Positions 1-8,972 of a stretch of 62,582 nucleotides of DNA are shown in pieces. How positions within the stretch are numbered: position 1 is the first letter of the stretch; the number at the start of each line of letters is the position of its first letter. The stretch is taken from contig NZ_NFGZ01000016.1 of the NCBI RefSeq assembly GCF_002159175.1, forward strand, positions 1 through 62,582, read 5' to 3'. The position numbers and the translations under genes are program-made. Origin of the DNA: Flavonifractor sp. An92 (lineage in GTDB: Bacteria; Bacillota; Clostridia; Oscillospirales; Oscillospiraceae). The notes beneath the pieces are model-generated. The model did not search any database. It saw only the letters and a list, made by a program, of their open reading frames with translations, and was not told where the DNA came from.

Positions 1-72
1 GGGGCGGCATCGCCGCCCCCGCGCCGGTTGCACACGGGTTCAGTATAGCAGAAAGAGCCGACGGATTCAATC

Positions 73-1080
73 TCAGTCGTGATCCCGCTCCGCCTCCAGG
101 ATGGTACCGTTCACCGCGTCCAGCTTGTACTCGTACTCCACGCCGCCGCTGCGGAACTCCAGCTCATACTCCAGGCGGCCGTCATCGCGGTCCAGCTCCG
201 CCTTCTGGAAGGTGGCGCTGGAGGCGCTGACGCCGGCGTGCTTGAGGGCGATGGCCTTGGCCTCGTCCACGCTCATGGCAGTACCGGTGGAGGAAGAGGG
301 CGCGTAGTGCTCTGCGTCGTAGTCGTAGTCCAGGACGGTGCCGTCGTCGGCGGCGATCTCGTAGTCGTACTCCTTGTTGCCGGAGTAGAACTCCACCTCG
401 TACACCAGGCGGCCGTCGTCCCAGTCCCGCTCCACCTTCACGAAGGTGGCGTTGGAGGCGCTGACGCCGGCGTGCTTGAGGGCGGCGGACTTGGCGGCCT
501 CCGCGCCGATGTCCTTGGTGGAGCTGCTGGGGATGGTGTAGTTCTCCACGTCGTAGTCCACGCTGCGGATGGTGCCGGTGTAGGCGTCGATGTCGTAGTC
601 GTACTCCTTGTTGCCGGAGTAGAACTCCACCTCGTACTCGGGCTTGCCGTCATCCCAGTCCAGCTCCACCCGGAAGAAGGTGACGTTGGAGTAGCTCAGG
701 CCCGCGTGGTCCAGGGCGATCTCCTTGGCCCGCTCCTTGCCGATGTAGGTACCGGTGGAGGTACCGCCGGAGGTGCTGCTGCCGTCGTCGTTGAGGATGA
801 CGGTCTGGGTGTCGTCGTCCCAGTCCACCGTCATGCCGGCCAGCTGGCCCACCGCCCGAATGGGCAGGTAGGTGGAGCCGTTGTAGATGATGGGGTAGAC
901 GGCGTTGCCGTTGCCGTCCTTCAGGTTCTGCTCATCGCCGTTGACCTTCACGGTGATGTCGGGGCGGATCTCCGCGGTGACGTTGCGCCGCACCGCGTCG
1001 GCAGCGGCAACGCCCACCACCAGAGTGCCCACCAGACCAACCGCCATCAGGGTACGCTTCCAATTCCAATTGTATTTCAT
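73..1080 (-). CDS. Secreted PepSY-repeat protein with an N-terminal copper-amine-oxidase-like stalk domain; three tandem PepSY-like repeats
   Basis: N-terminal hydrophobic signal/anchor, then three about 70-aa repeats each ending VEFYSGNKEYDY...G (PepSY-like). Start set at MKYNWNW, which has an AAAGGA RBS; the ORF-track start lies 9 codons further upstream. Confidence 0.7.
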   Translation of the reverse strand: MKYNWNWKRTLMAVGLVGTLVVGVAAADAVRRNVTAEIRPDITVKVNGDEQNLKDGNGNAVYPIIYNGSTYLPIRAVGQLAGMTVDWDDDTQTVILNDDGSSTSGGTSTGTYIGKERAKEIALDHAGLSYSNVTFFRVELDWDDGKPEYEVEFYSGNKEYDYDIDAYTGTIRSVDYDVENYTIPSSSTKDIGAEAAKSAALKHAGVSASNATFVKVERDWDDGRLVYEVEFYSGNKEYDYEIAADDGTVLDYDYDAEHYAPSSSTGTAMSVDEAKAIALKHAGVSASSATFQKAELDRDDGRLEYELEFRSGGVEYEYKLDAVNGTILEAERDHD

Positions 1081-1203
1081 CTCGATCCATCCTTTCTGAG
1101 TTGACATCCCGGCGTGCTGCCGGGTCTTTTTTGTCCTTTCACCCAGATAACGAAGGAGGGGTCGATTTTATCGCAGGGATTTTAAAAAAATTTTTTTATT
1201 TTT

Positions 1204-3117
1204 TCAGACGGGGAATACGTCGGTGTAGACCAGCACCTGATAGAGCAGGGCCGCGGCCTCCTCCCGGGTGGTGGTCCCCTGGGGCTCGATGTTCTCCAGG
1301 TCGTCCCACAGGAGGCTGATGGTGTTGCCAAAGTACCCCTGCTGGCTCAGGGCCAGCAGCCACACCTCGTCCCGGGCCCAGGCGGAGTAGTCCAGCAGGG
1401 ACACCACCTTGGTGGCGTCAGCCGGCATGGCCTTGGCGTCCTCATAGAAATTGATGTTCAGATACTGGGCCAGCCGCCCCAGAATGGAGATGAACTGCTC
1501 GTGGTTCACCGGGTCGTCAGGGCGGAAGGTGCCGTCGCCCACGCCGGACACCAGTCCCATCTTGGCCAGGGCGTTGACGGCGGGGCCGTACCAGCTGTCC
1601 ATGGACACGTCGGAGAAGGCGCTCTCCCCGCTGGGGACGGTGCAGTTGAGGGCCTGGGCCAGCAGAGCACAGAGCTGGGCCCGGGTCAGGGCGCCCTCGG
1701 GCTCAAAGGCCCCGTTGCCGGTGCCGGAGAGGATGTCATAGGTGGCCAGCAGATCGATGGCCTGGGCGTAGGGGCTGTCCTCCGTGTCGGTGAAGGAGCG
1801 GTCGGTCACCGTGACGCCGGTGTCCTGGGTGATCTTCTCCACGCTGGTGCTCTGCCAGCCGCTGGAGCCGCCGGTGCCCTCCCACACCTTGGTGGTGGGG
1901 GGCAGGGCCTCCAGCAGGGCCGCCATGGCGTCGGCCCACTCCGGCTGGGAGGCCAGATCCTTGTCGATGTACCAGCGCCACTCCAGATCCACCCGGTAAT
2001 ACCCGGTGGTGTCCGAGGTGGGGCTGCTGGCCGAGAGCAGATAGGCCACGTCATCGGCCAGCCCGGCGGGGACCAGCAGGTCGGGGATCACGCCCACCAC
2101 GTCGTTGGTGGCGCCCTTGTTGGAGAAGAAGCGGTAGGTGGTGATCTTCATGGCGCTGCCGTCGGGGAAGAGGTCGGGGAAATTGGTCTCGTCCATCAGG
2201 GTCTGGGCCACACCCTTGCCGTAGGTGCGTTCACCGATGACGATACCGCAGCCCAGATCTCCCACCGCCTTGGAAAAGAGCTCCGAGGAGCTGGCGGTGT
2301 AGGGGTCGGAGAGGACGATCACCGGCTCGATGGTCTTGGCCCCGCCCTCACTGGCGAAGGCGTAGTACTTGCCCTGTCCGTCCCGCAGGTATCCCACGGT
2401 GCCCGCTCCGGCGAAGAGGCCCACGCTGTCCACCGCCGCCTGGGTGAGACCGCCGCCGTTGCCCCGCAGGTCCACGATCCAGTGGTCCACCTGGCTGCCG
2501 TAGGTGGTGATGCCCTCCTCCATATGTCCGGCGGTGTCGCTGCCGAAGGTGGTGCAGGTGATGTAGCCGATGTGGCCGTCCAGCAGGTCGGTGGTGGTGG
2601 CGGGGATGACGATGGCCGCCCGGGTCAGGGTCAGCTCATGCTCCGCGCCGTCCCGGAGATAGCGCACAGTCACCTGGGTGCCCTCCTCGCCCTGGATCCA
2701 GCCGGTGACGGTCTCCAGCGCCTCCCCGGCCACCTTGTGGCCGTCCACCTGGGTCAGGATGTCTCCCGCCTGGAGCCCCGCGGCCTGGGCCGGGGAGTCC
2801 TCCAGGATCACGCTGATCCGAAGGCCCTCCTCGCAGGCGGTGCCGGTGATGCCGATGCCCACGATGTTGCCGTCCTCCATGGAGGCCAGGAATTCCGCGT
2901 ATTCTTCGGCGGTGAAATACTGGGTGTAGGGGTCGCCCAGCGCCTCCAGCATGGCCTCAATGGTGGTCTGATTGAGCACCTCCGGAGACACCGGATCGAT
3001 GTAATACTGCTCCAGCAGCTCCCCGGCCTGTTCCACCGTCAGAGCCTGGGCGGGCAGGGCGAGCATCGTAACAGCCAGAACCGCCGCGCTCAGTCGGCGG
3101 AGAAGGATTTTTTTCAT
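1204..3117 (-). CDS. S41 family C-terminal processing peptidase with PDZ domain and C-terminal SLH repeats
   Basis: Signal peptide; PDZ-like region; GERTYGKGVAQT catalytic-region motif typical of S41/tail-specific proteases; C-terminal SLH-like repeats (FSDVS..WY..AVNALAKMGLVSG). AAGGAGG RBS 9 nt upstream. Confidence 0.85.
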   Translation of the reverse strand: MKKILLRRLSAAVLAVTMLALPAQALTVEQAGELLEQYYIDPVSPEVLNQTTIEAMLEALGDPYTQYFTAEEYAEFLASMEDGNIVGIGITGTACEEGLRISVILEDSPAQAAGLQAGDILTQVDGHKVAGEALETVTGWIQGEEGTQVTVRYLRDGAEHELTLTRAAIVIPATTTDLLDGHIGYITCTTFGSDTAGHMEEGITTYGSQVDHWIVDLRGNGGGLTQAAVDSVGLFAGAGTVGYLRDGQGKYYAFASEGGAKTIEPVIVLSDPYTASSSELFSKAVGDLGCGIVIGERTYGKGVAQTLMDETNFPDLFPDGSAMKITTYRFFSNKGATNDVVGVIPDLLVPAGLADDVAYLLSASSPTSDTTGYYRVDLEWRWYIDKDLASQPEWADAMAALLEALPPTTKVWEGTGGSSGWQSTSVEKITQDTGVTVTDRSFTDTEDSPYAQAIDLLATYDILSGTGNGAFEPEGALTRAQLCALLAQALNCTVPSGESAFSDVSMDSWYGPAVNALAKMGLVSGVGDGTFRPDDPVNHEQFISILGRLAQYLNINFYEDAKAMPADATKVVSLLDYSAWARDEVWLLALSQQGYFGNTISLLWDDLENIEPQGTTTREEAAALLYQVLVYTDVFPV

Positions 3118-3235
3118 GGAGTATCGCCTCCTTATTATGTTAACGGTCCAATTCTACAACAGATTGGAGGACCGCACAATCCCCATTTTGGTTTTGTCAC
3201 CAGATTGTTTCTTTTTGGGCGGCGCCGGGGCAAGA

Positions 3236-3285
3236 AAAAAACCGGGCTGTTCTCCTTCGAGAACAGCCCGGTTTTTTTGTCGGGT
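3236..3285. terminator. Bidirectional rho-independent terminator
   Basis: A-run, then perfect hairpin ccgggctgttctc/gagaacagcccgg, then T-run; sits between convergent or serial genes. Confidence 0.6.
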
Positions 3286-3297
3286 TATGGGATGGGA

Positions 3298-4200
3298 TCA
3301 CATGATGTGACGGCCGTAGACATAGACGCGGCTGTAATAGCCGGAGTCCAGGTTGTCGATCTGCACGGAATATGTATTGGTGGAGGCGTGGATGAACTGG
3401 CCGCCGCCAATGTAGATGCCCACGTGGGACACCGGCTTGGTGGTGTTGGCGCGGAAGAACACCAGGTCGCCGGGCTGCAGCTGGCTCTTGGAGACGGCGG
3501 TGCCGTTGGCCAGCTGGTCGGTGGCGGTGCGGTTCAGGGTCACGCCGAAGTGGGCGTACACATACTTGGTGAAGCCGGAGCAGTCAAAGCAGTTGGGGCC
3601 GTTGCCGCCGTAGACATAGGGGGTGCCCAGGAACTGCTTGGCATAGGCCACGATCTGCTCCCCGATGCTGGAGCTGGAAGTGGTGGTGGTGGAATCGCCG
3701 CGGGAGGTCATAGACTTGACGGTGTCCACATACTCGCTGCTGACATAGCCGGTCTGGCCGTTGTAGGAGATCTTGTACCAGCTGCCGTACACGCCGGTGA
3801 TCTGGAAGGTGGCGCCGTCCGCCAGAGTGGCGACCTTGGCGTAACCGGTGCCCGGGCCGCTGCGCATGTTCAGAGTCGAACCGCCGGCGCTGACCTGACC
3901 ATAGCCGATGGCGGCATCGCCCTGAGTGGCGACGGTCAGATACTCACCGGACATGTAGCCCTCCACCGACTGATAGTCTACCTTGTACCAGTTGTTGCCG
4001 GCGTCGGCCAGAACGATGACGTTCTCACCCTCGGAAACGGTGGCCAGGATGGTGGAATCGGTGCTGGCCGACTCCCGCAGACGCAGAGCGCTGGTATCAA
4101 CGGTGCCGACACCGATGCTGGCGGCGGCGGCGCTGGCCATACACAGTCCGGAGACGGCGGCGGTGAGGAGCAGCATGCGCAGGGCCTTGGAACTTCTCAT
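3298..4200 (-). CDS. NlpC/P60 family peptidoglycan endopeptidase with two SH3b domains
   Basis: Signal peptide; two SH3b-like segments (..NVR/MRS..YKV/YKI..); C-terminal NlpC/P60 core with the Cys (DCSGF), His (HVGIYIG) and downstream His. GGGAGG RBS before MRSSKAL. Confidence 0.85.
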   Translation of the reverse strand: MRSSKALRMLLLTAAVSGLCMASAAAASIGVGTVDTSALRLRESASTDSTILATVSEGENVIVLADAGNNWYKVDYQSVEGYMSGEYLTVATQGDAAIGYGQVSAGGSTLNMRSGPGTGYAKVATLADGATFQITGVYGSWYKISYNGQTGYVSSEYVDTVKSMTSRGDSTTTTSSSSIGEQIVAYAKQFLGTPYVYGGNGPNCFDCSGFTKYVYAHFGVTLNRTATDQLANGTAVSKSQLQPGDLVFFRANTTKPVSHVGIYIGGGQFIHASTNTYSVQIDNLDSGYYSRVYVYGRHIM

Positions 4201-4285
4201 TGGTATGTGACCTCCCATTCTTGAGTCAGGGCCGCCCCGACAGCGGCCGTTGGCGTTTTCTTACGTGTATCCGTGGGGTCTGGCC

Positions 4286-4579
4286 TTACTTGCCGGCCAG
4301 AGCCCGATCCAGCCAGACGGCCGCCACGTCCATGGCGGCGTAGAGGCTGTCCTTTTCGCTCTTCTTGACCACGCGGTCCCGGCTCTTCAGGTCGGGATCG
4401 GTGAGCTGGAGCTGGACCAGGACCTTATTGGCCACATCCAGATCCTTGACCTTGCGGGTGCTCATCACCTGGATCATGATGATATACTTATCGGCCATGC
4501 TGCCGTAATAGATGAGGTTGTCTTTTCTGCGCAGGGGATGTCCCTTGTAGACCAGCGGTAATTTTTCGCCTGCCATTGC
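4286..4579 (-). CDS. Hypothetical small cytoplasmic protein (97 aa)
   Basis: Start at MAGEK, directly preceded by AGGAGG. A near-consensus sigma-A promoter lies upstream (see next feature). Confidence 0.55.
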   Translation of the reverse strand, partial: AMAGEKLPLVYKGHPLRRKDNLIYYGSMADKYIIMIQVMSTRKVKDLDVANKVLVQLQLTDPDLKSRDRVVKKSEKDSLYAAMDVAAVWLDRALAGK

Positions 4580-4616
4580 GTACCTCCTGAAAATCGGATT
4601 AAAAACTGTAACCAAA

Positions 4617-4645
4617 TTGTAACACATTGTTTCCAGGTTGTCAAA
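4617..4645 (-). promoter_or_regulatory. Near-consensus sigma-A promoter (TTGACA-17-TACAAT) for the 4286-4579 small gene
   Basis: On the minus strand: TTGACAacctggaaacaatgtgtTACAAT, with an AT-rich UP-like region upstream. Confidence 0.5.
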
Positions 4646-4713
4646 CACCAATTGCAATTATGTCACTATTATGTTAAGTTAACGCTTTCCAGGACCAGAG
4701 AGGTACTTTTTTG

Positions 4714-6261
4714 TTACTTTTCCACTTCCAGCACCACCCGGCGCTGGGGATCGGTCATGCGCAGCACCACGGCGGCGGCCTCGGCCCGGGTGAGGGAGTT
4801 TTCCGGCCGGAAGGTGCCGGAGGGGTCGGTGCCCACCATCACGCCCGCCCGGACCAGGCGGTAAATGGCCTCCGCCTGGGGGTGCGTTGTGGGCACATCG
4901 GGGATGGATTTCACGTCGTTGACCGACTCCAGCGCCTCTTCCGGCAACGCCCGGGCCAGGAGCGCAGCAAACCCGCCCCGGGTCAGCACCGCGCTTCCCT
5001 GGGCGGCTGTGGGAGCAACATCCAGGATGCCGTGCTCCAGCGCATAGTTGACATAAGTTTGATACCACGGCGACCCCGCCTTCAGGTCGTCGCTCCCGGC
5101 GGCGTGGATGCGGTGGACCCGGGCGGCCAGGGCCACTCCCTCCCACAGGGTCAGGATGCGCTGGGGGGCAAAGGACGTGCCCCCCACCCCCTGCATGAGC
5201 CCGGCGTCATAGGCGGCGTACACCTCCGCCTCGTACCAGCTCCCGGCGGGGATGTCGGTGAAGGGCCGCTGCGCCGCCACGGTGCGGCCAATGGCGCTCA
5301 GGAGGCTGTACGGCCGGTTTGTCGTGTCCTGGCTCAGCTCCCAGATCATCACGCCCCCCAGCTTCTCCAGGGCGTAATTGGTCTTGGCGGTGATGGTAGG
5401 GATGCCGTTATACCAAACTGTGCTGCCCTGGTAGGTCACGCTGTCCCGCTCCCAGGCATTGGGCACCGCCGCCAGCAGGTCCCCGTAGGGCACATACCGG
5501 TCCCGGCCGTAGAAGGGCACGCCCAGCACCACCTTGTCCCCGTGGAGGCCCCGCTGTCCGGTCCAGTACTCGGCGGCATAGACGGCGAAGTCGTAGGTGG
5601 AGTGCTGAGCGCCGTTCCCGCCCTCGTAGGCCATGACGTTGATCCAGTCCACCGCGTTCAGCACCGCGTCGGTCTGGCCCATGCTGTCCCGGTAGGGGGT
5701 GCCCTGGGGGGATACCCCGGCGGGGACCGCCGCAGTCAGGAGCAGCCCCCGGCTGTGGAGGGCGTCGGCCAGCTCCAGCATGAAGGCCTCGTACTGCCGG
5801 TATGTACCGTCAGAGATCCGGGGGTACTCCCAGTCCATGTCCACTCCGTCAAAGCCGTACTCCTCGCACATGGCCACGATGGCCTTCACAAAGCGGGTCC
5901 GCTTCTCCGCCGTGGCGGTGGCAGAAATGAAGGTGTCGTTGAGGGGGATATTCTGGTAGCTCCAGCCGCCCACCGCCAGGAGCACCTGCACGCCATTGGC
6001 GTGGGCCTCTTTTAGGATGCGCCGGGCCAGGCTCTGCCCCTCCAGGGGGAGCAGCCCTCCGTCCTTGGTGGGGATGGCAAAGGCGTAGTTGATGTGGGTG
6101 AGGACGTCGTACTGGATCCGGTCCACCTTGTTCGGCTCCCAGTAGGGGTAGTAGCCCACCACCCGGAAGGAGCGCCCGGCCGCATCCGGGCGGATGGGCA
6201 AGAGTGCGGCCAGCAGCGCCAGCATCAGGAGCGCAGCCGCGCCCCGGGTTCGTATTCGCAT
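4714..6261 (-). CDS. Glycoside hydrolase family 18 (chitinase-like) with C-terminal SLH repeats
   Basis: Signal peptide; GH18 catalytic motif FDGVDMDWEYP (DxxDxDxE); C-terminal SLH-type repeats. Start at MRIRTRG. Confidence 0.85.
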   Translation of the reverse strand: MRIRTRGAAALLMLALLAALLPIRPDAAGRSFRVVGYYPYWEPNKVDRIQYDVLTHINYAFAIPTKDGGLLPLEGQSLARRILKEAHANGVQVLLAVGGWSYQNIPLNDTFISATATAEKRTRFVKAIVAMCEEYGFDGVDMDWEYPRISDGTYRQYEAFMLELADALHSRGLLLTAAVPAGVSPQGTPYRDSMGQTDAVLNAVDWINVMAYEGGNGAQHSTYDFAVYAAEYWTGQRGLHGDKVVLGVPFYGRDRYVPYGDLLAAVPNAWERDSVTYQGSTVWYNGIPTITAKTNYALEKLGGVMIWELSQDTTNRPYSLLSAIGRTVAAQRPFTDIPAGSWYEAEVYAAYDAGLMQGVGGTSFAPQRILTLWEGVALAARVHRIHAAGSDDLKAGSPWYQTYVNYALEHGILDVAPTAAQGSAVLTRGGFAALLARALPEEALESVNDVKSIPDVPTTHPQAEAIYRLVRAGVMVGTDPSGTFRPENSLTRAEAAAVVLRMTDPQRRVVLEVEK

Positions 6262-6388
6262 GGTTGTGTTCCTGCCTTTCTCGTTCAATTGCCGCCCATT
6301 GTACCAAAAAGGTCCAAAAAAAGCTATGGAAATAGAAGGAACGCCAGCTGGAAGTTCCAACCGGCGTTCTCGAAAAGATTCGGATGTC

Positions 6389-7561
6389 TCAGCGGCCCTG
6401 GATGAGGCGGACGCGGAACACGCCCTCCACCGCCCGCAGGGCGTTCAGGCTGTCCTCCTGCACGGGGGCGTTCAGGTCCACCATGGTGTAGGCGTATTCG
6501 CCCCGGGCCTTGTTGGTCATGTGCTCGATGTTGAACCCCGCCCCGGACAGGACGGTGGTCAACTTGAGGAGCATGTTGGGGATGTTGCGGTGCAGCGCGC
6601 ACACCCGGGGCAGGCCCCCCCGCTCCATGGAGACGTTGGGGAAGTTCACCGAGTTCTGGATGTTGCCGTTTTCCAGGTACTCCCGCAGCTCCTTGGCGGC
6701 CATAACGGCGCAGTTGCGCTCGCTCTCCGGGGTGGAGGCCCCCAGATGGGGCAGGGCCACCACATTGGGGGCCTGGACGATCTGGTTGTTGGGGAAGTCG
6801 GTGACGTAACGGGCCACCTTGCCGCTCTGGAGGGCGGCGATCATGGCCGTGTCATCCACCAGGCCGCCCCGGGCCAGGTTCACCAGGCGCATGCCGGGCT
6901 TGCACAGCTCCAGCACCCGCTCGTTGACGGTGTGCTTGGTGGCGTCCATATAGGGCAGGTGGAGGGTCACATAGTCGGCCCGGCGCCACAGCTCGTCGCA
7001 GTCCTGCACGCAGTGGACATGCCGGTCCAGCCGCAGGGCGGTCTGCACCGACAGATAGGGGTCGTAGCCGTAGACCTCCATGCCCAGGGACAGGGCCGCG
7101 TTGGCCACCAGCACGCCGATGGCGCCCAGGCCCACCACGCCCAGGGTCTTGCCCGTGATCTCCGGCCCGACGAAGGCCGCCTTGCCCTTCTCCACCACGG
7201 CGGAGAGGTCGGCTCCGGCCTGGAACTGCTCCCGCACCCAGGCCGCGCCCCCCACCAGATCGCGGGAGGCCATCAGCAGGGCGGCCAGGGTCAGCTCCTT
7301 CACGGCGTTGGCGTTGGCGCCGGGGCTGTTAAAGACCACGATGCCCGCCTGGGCGCAGCGGTCCAGGGGGATGTTGTTGGTGCCCGCGCCCGCCCGGGCG
7401 ATGGCCCGGAGGGAGGGGTTGAACTCCATCTCGTGGAGGGAGGCCGAGCGGACCAGAATGCCGTCGGGATCGGTCACCTCAGCGCTCACCTGAAAGCCCG
7501 CGTCGGTGAGCACTTCCACACCGGCGGGGTCGATCTGATTCATCGTCTGAATGTTATACAT
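6389..7561 (-). CDS. serA: D-3-phosphoglycerate dehydrogenase
   Basis: 2-hydroxyacid dehydrogenase fold with GLGAIG NAD-binding motif and C-terminal ACT-like domain; immediately downstream of serC. Confidence 0.9.
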   Translation of the reverse strand: MYNIQTMNQIDPAGVEVLTDAGFQVSAEVTDPDGILVRSASLHEMEFNPSLRAIARAGAGTNNIPLDRCAQAGIVVFNSPGANANAVKELTLAALLMASRDLVGGAAWVREQFQAGADLSAVVEKGKAAFVGPEITGKTLGVVGLGAIGVLVANAALSLGMEVYGYDPYLSVQTALRLDRHVHCVQDCDELWRRADYVTLHLPYMDATKHTVNERVLELCKPGMRLVNLARGGLVDDTAMIAALQSGKVARYVTDFPNNQIVQAPNVVALPHLGASTPESERNCAVMAAKELREYLENGNIQNSVNFPNVSMERGGLPRVCALHRNIPNMLLKLTTVLSGAGFNIEHMTNKARGEYAYTMVDLNAPVQEDSLNALRAVEGVFRVRLIQGR

Positions 7562-7578
7562 GTCGCGGTTCCTCCCTC

Positions 7579-8664
7579 TCAGTGGCTGCGCTCAAAGGCG
7601 CGGATGAAGTCGCACAGCTTCTCCACGCCCTCCACGGGCATGGCGTTGTAGATGGACGCGCGCATGCCGCCCACCAGCCGGTGGCCCTTCAGGTTGGAGA
7701 ACCCGGCCTCGGTGCTGGCCTTCACGAAGGCGGCGTCCAGCTCGTCGCTGCCGGTGCGGAAGACCACATTCATGTCGGAGCGGGCCTCCTTCTCCACCGG
7801 GCAGTGGAACATCCTGGAATCATCCAGCACGTCGTAGAGCATACCGGCGCGGGTCTTTTTGAGCTCCACCATGCCGGCGAGGCCGCCCTGCTCCTGGACC
7901 CAGTCCAGCACCAGGCCCAGCATGTAGATGCACCAGCAGGGGGGCGTGTTGTACATGGAGTCCTTCTTGATCATGGTGTCGTAGGAGAGCATCAGCGGGG
8001 TGATGGGCATCTCCTGACCCGCCAGGTCCTTCCGGATGAGGACCACGGTGAGTCCAGCGGGGGCCATGTTCTTCTGGGCTCCGGCGAAGATGATGCCGTA
8101 CTTGCTCACGTCCACCGGCTGGGAGAGGATATCGGAGGACATATCGCACACCAGGGGCACGTCACCGGTCTCGGGGACGTACTTCCACTCGGTGCCGAAG
8201 ATGGTGTTGTTGGCGCAGTAGTAGAAATAGGAGGCCTCCCGGTCCAGCTTCAGCTCCCCCTGGCCGGGGATACGGGTGTGGTTGCAGTCGGAGGTGTCGG
8301 CGGCCAGATGGACCGTGCCGTACTTTCCGGCCTCCTTGGCGGCGATCTTGGCGAAGTTGCCGGTCACGGCGTAGTCGGCCTTCCCGGTGCGGCCCATCAG
8401 GTTCAGCGGCACCATGGAGAACTGGGTGGACGCGCCGCCCTGGAGGAACAGGATCTCATGGCTGTCGGGCACCTGCAGCAGGGTGCGCAGCTTGGCCTTG
8501 GTGTCCTGGAAGATGCGGTCGAACGCCTTTGAACGGTGACTCATCTCCATGACGGACATACCGGAACCGCCATAGTTGGTGATTTCGGCCCCGGCACGGG
8601 TGAGCACCTCCAGCGGAAGCATGGAGGGGCCGGCGGAAAAATTGAAAATGCGTTGGTTTTCCAT
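7579..8664 (-). CDS. serC: 3-phosphoserine aminotransferase
   Basis: N-terminus MENQRIFNFSAGPSMLP is typical of SerC; class-V aminotransferase; GAAAGGGG RBS. Confidence 0.9.
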   Translation of the reverse strand: MENQRIFNFSAGPSMLPLEVLTRAGAEITNYGGSGMSVMEMSHRSKAFDRIFQDTKAKLRTLLQVPDSHEILFLQGGASTQFSMVPLNLMGRTGKADYAVTGNFAKIAAKEAGKYGTVHLAADTSDCNHTRIPGQGELKLDREASYFYYCANNTIFGTEWKYVPETGDVPLVCDMSSDILSQPVDVSKYGIIFAGAQKNMAPAGLTVVLIRKDLAGQEMPITPLMLSYDTMIKKDSMYNTPPCWCIYMLGLVLDWVQEQGGLAGMVELKKTRAGMLYDVLDDSRMFHCPVEKEARSDMNVVFRTGSDELDAAFVKASTEAGFSNLKGHRLVGGMRASIYNAMPVEGVEKLCDFIRAFERSH

Positions 8665-8917
8665 TTGGATACCCCTTTCATCGGCTGGGCAGATCTGCCC
8701 CGTTCTCTCCTCCCGGACAGACGTCCATGGAGGTTGATACGTATTATATCAATTTAATGCGCTAAAATCAAGGCGAAATCTCCAGGATCCCCCTGTTTTT
8801 CCACCAATTCGCCTTGAAATTATATCTAAAAAATCAGGCCGCTCCGGCTCGGATTCTGTGCACTCTTTCCAGTGGCGGTCTGTATCTCCGTTCTATGCCG
8901 CAGGGGCCCGCCCGGTT

Positions 8918-8960
8918 CCAACAAAAACGGACCGGCCCCAATTGGGGGCCGGCCCGCCGG
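8918..8960 (-). terminator. Rho-independent terminator downstream of the M15 peptidase gene
   Basis: Hairpin ggccggcccccaattgggggccggtcc followed by a T-run on the minus strand. Confidence 0.5.
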
Positions 8961-8972
8961 AAGGTTGTGAAC

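Noticed and set aside
1501-4224. 907-aa plus-strand ORF (Gly/Ala/Val/His-rich) overlapping the S41 peptidase and NlpC/P60 genes
   Set aside because: Antisense shadow ORF of the kind common in high-GC DNA. It has no RBS and a low-complexity composition, and it lies opposite two well-supported minus-strand genes.
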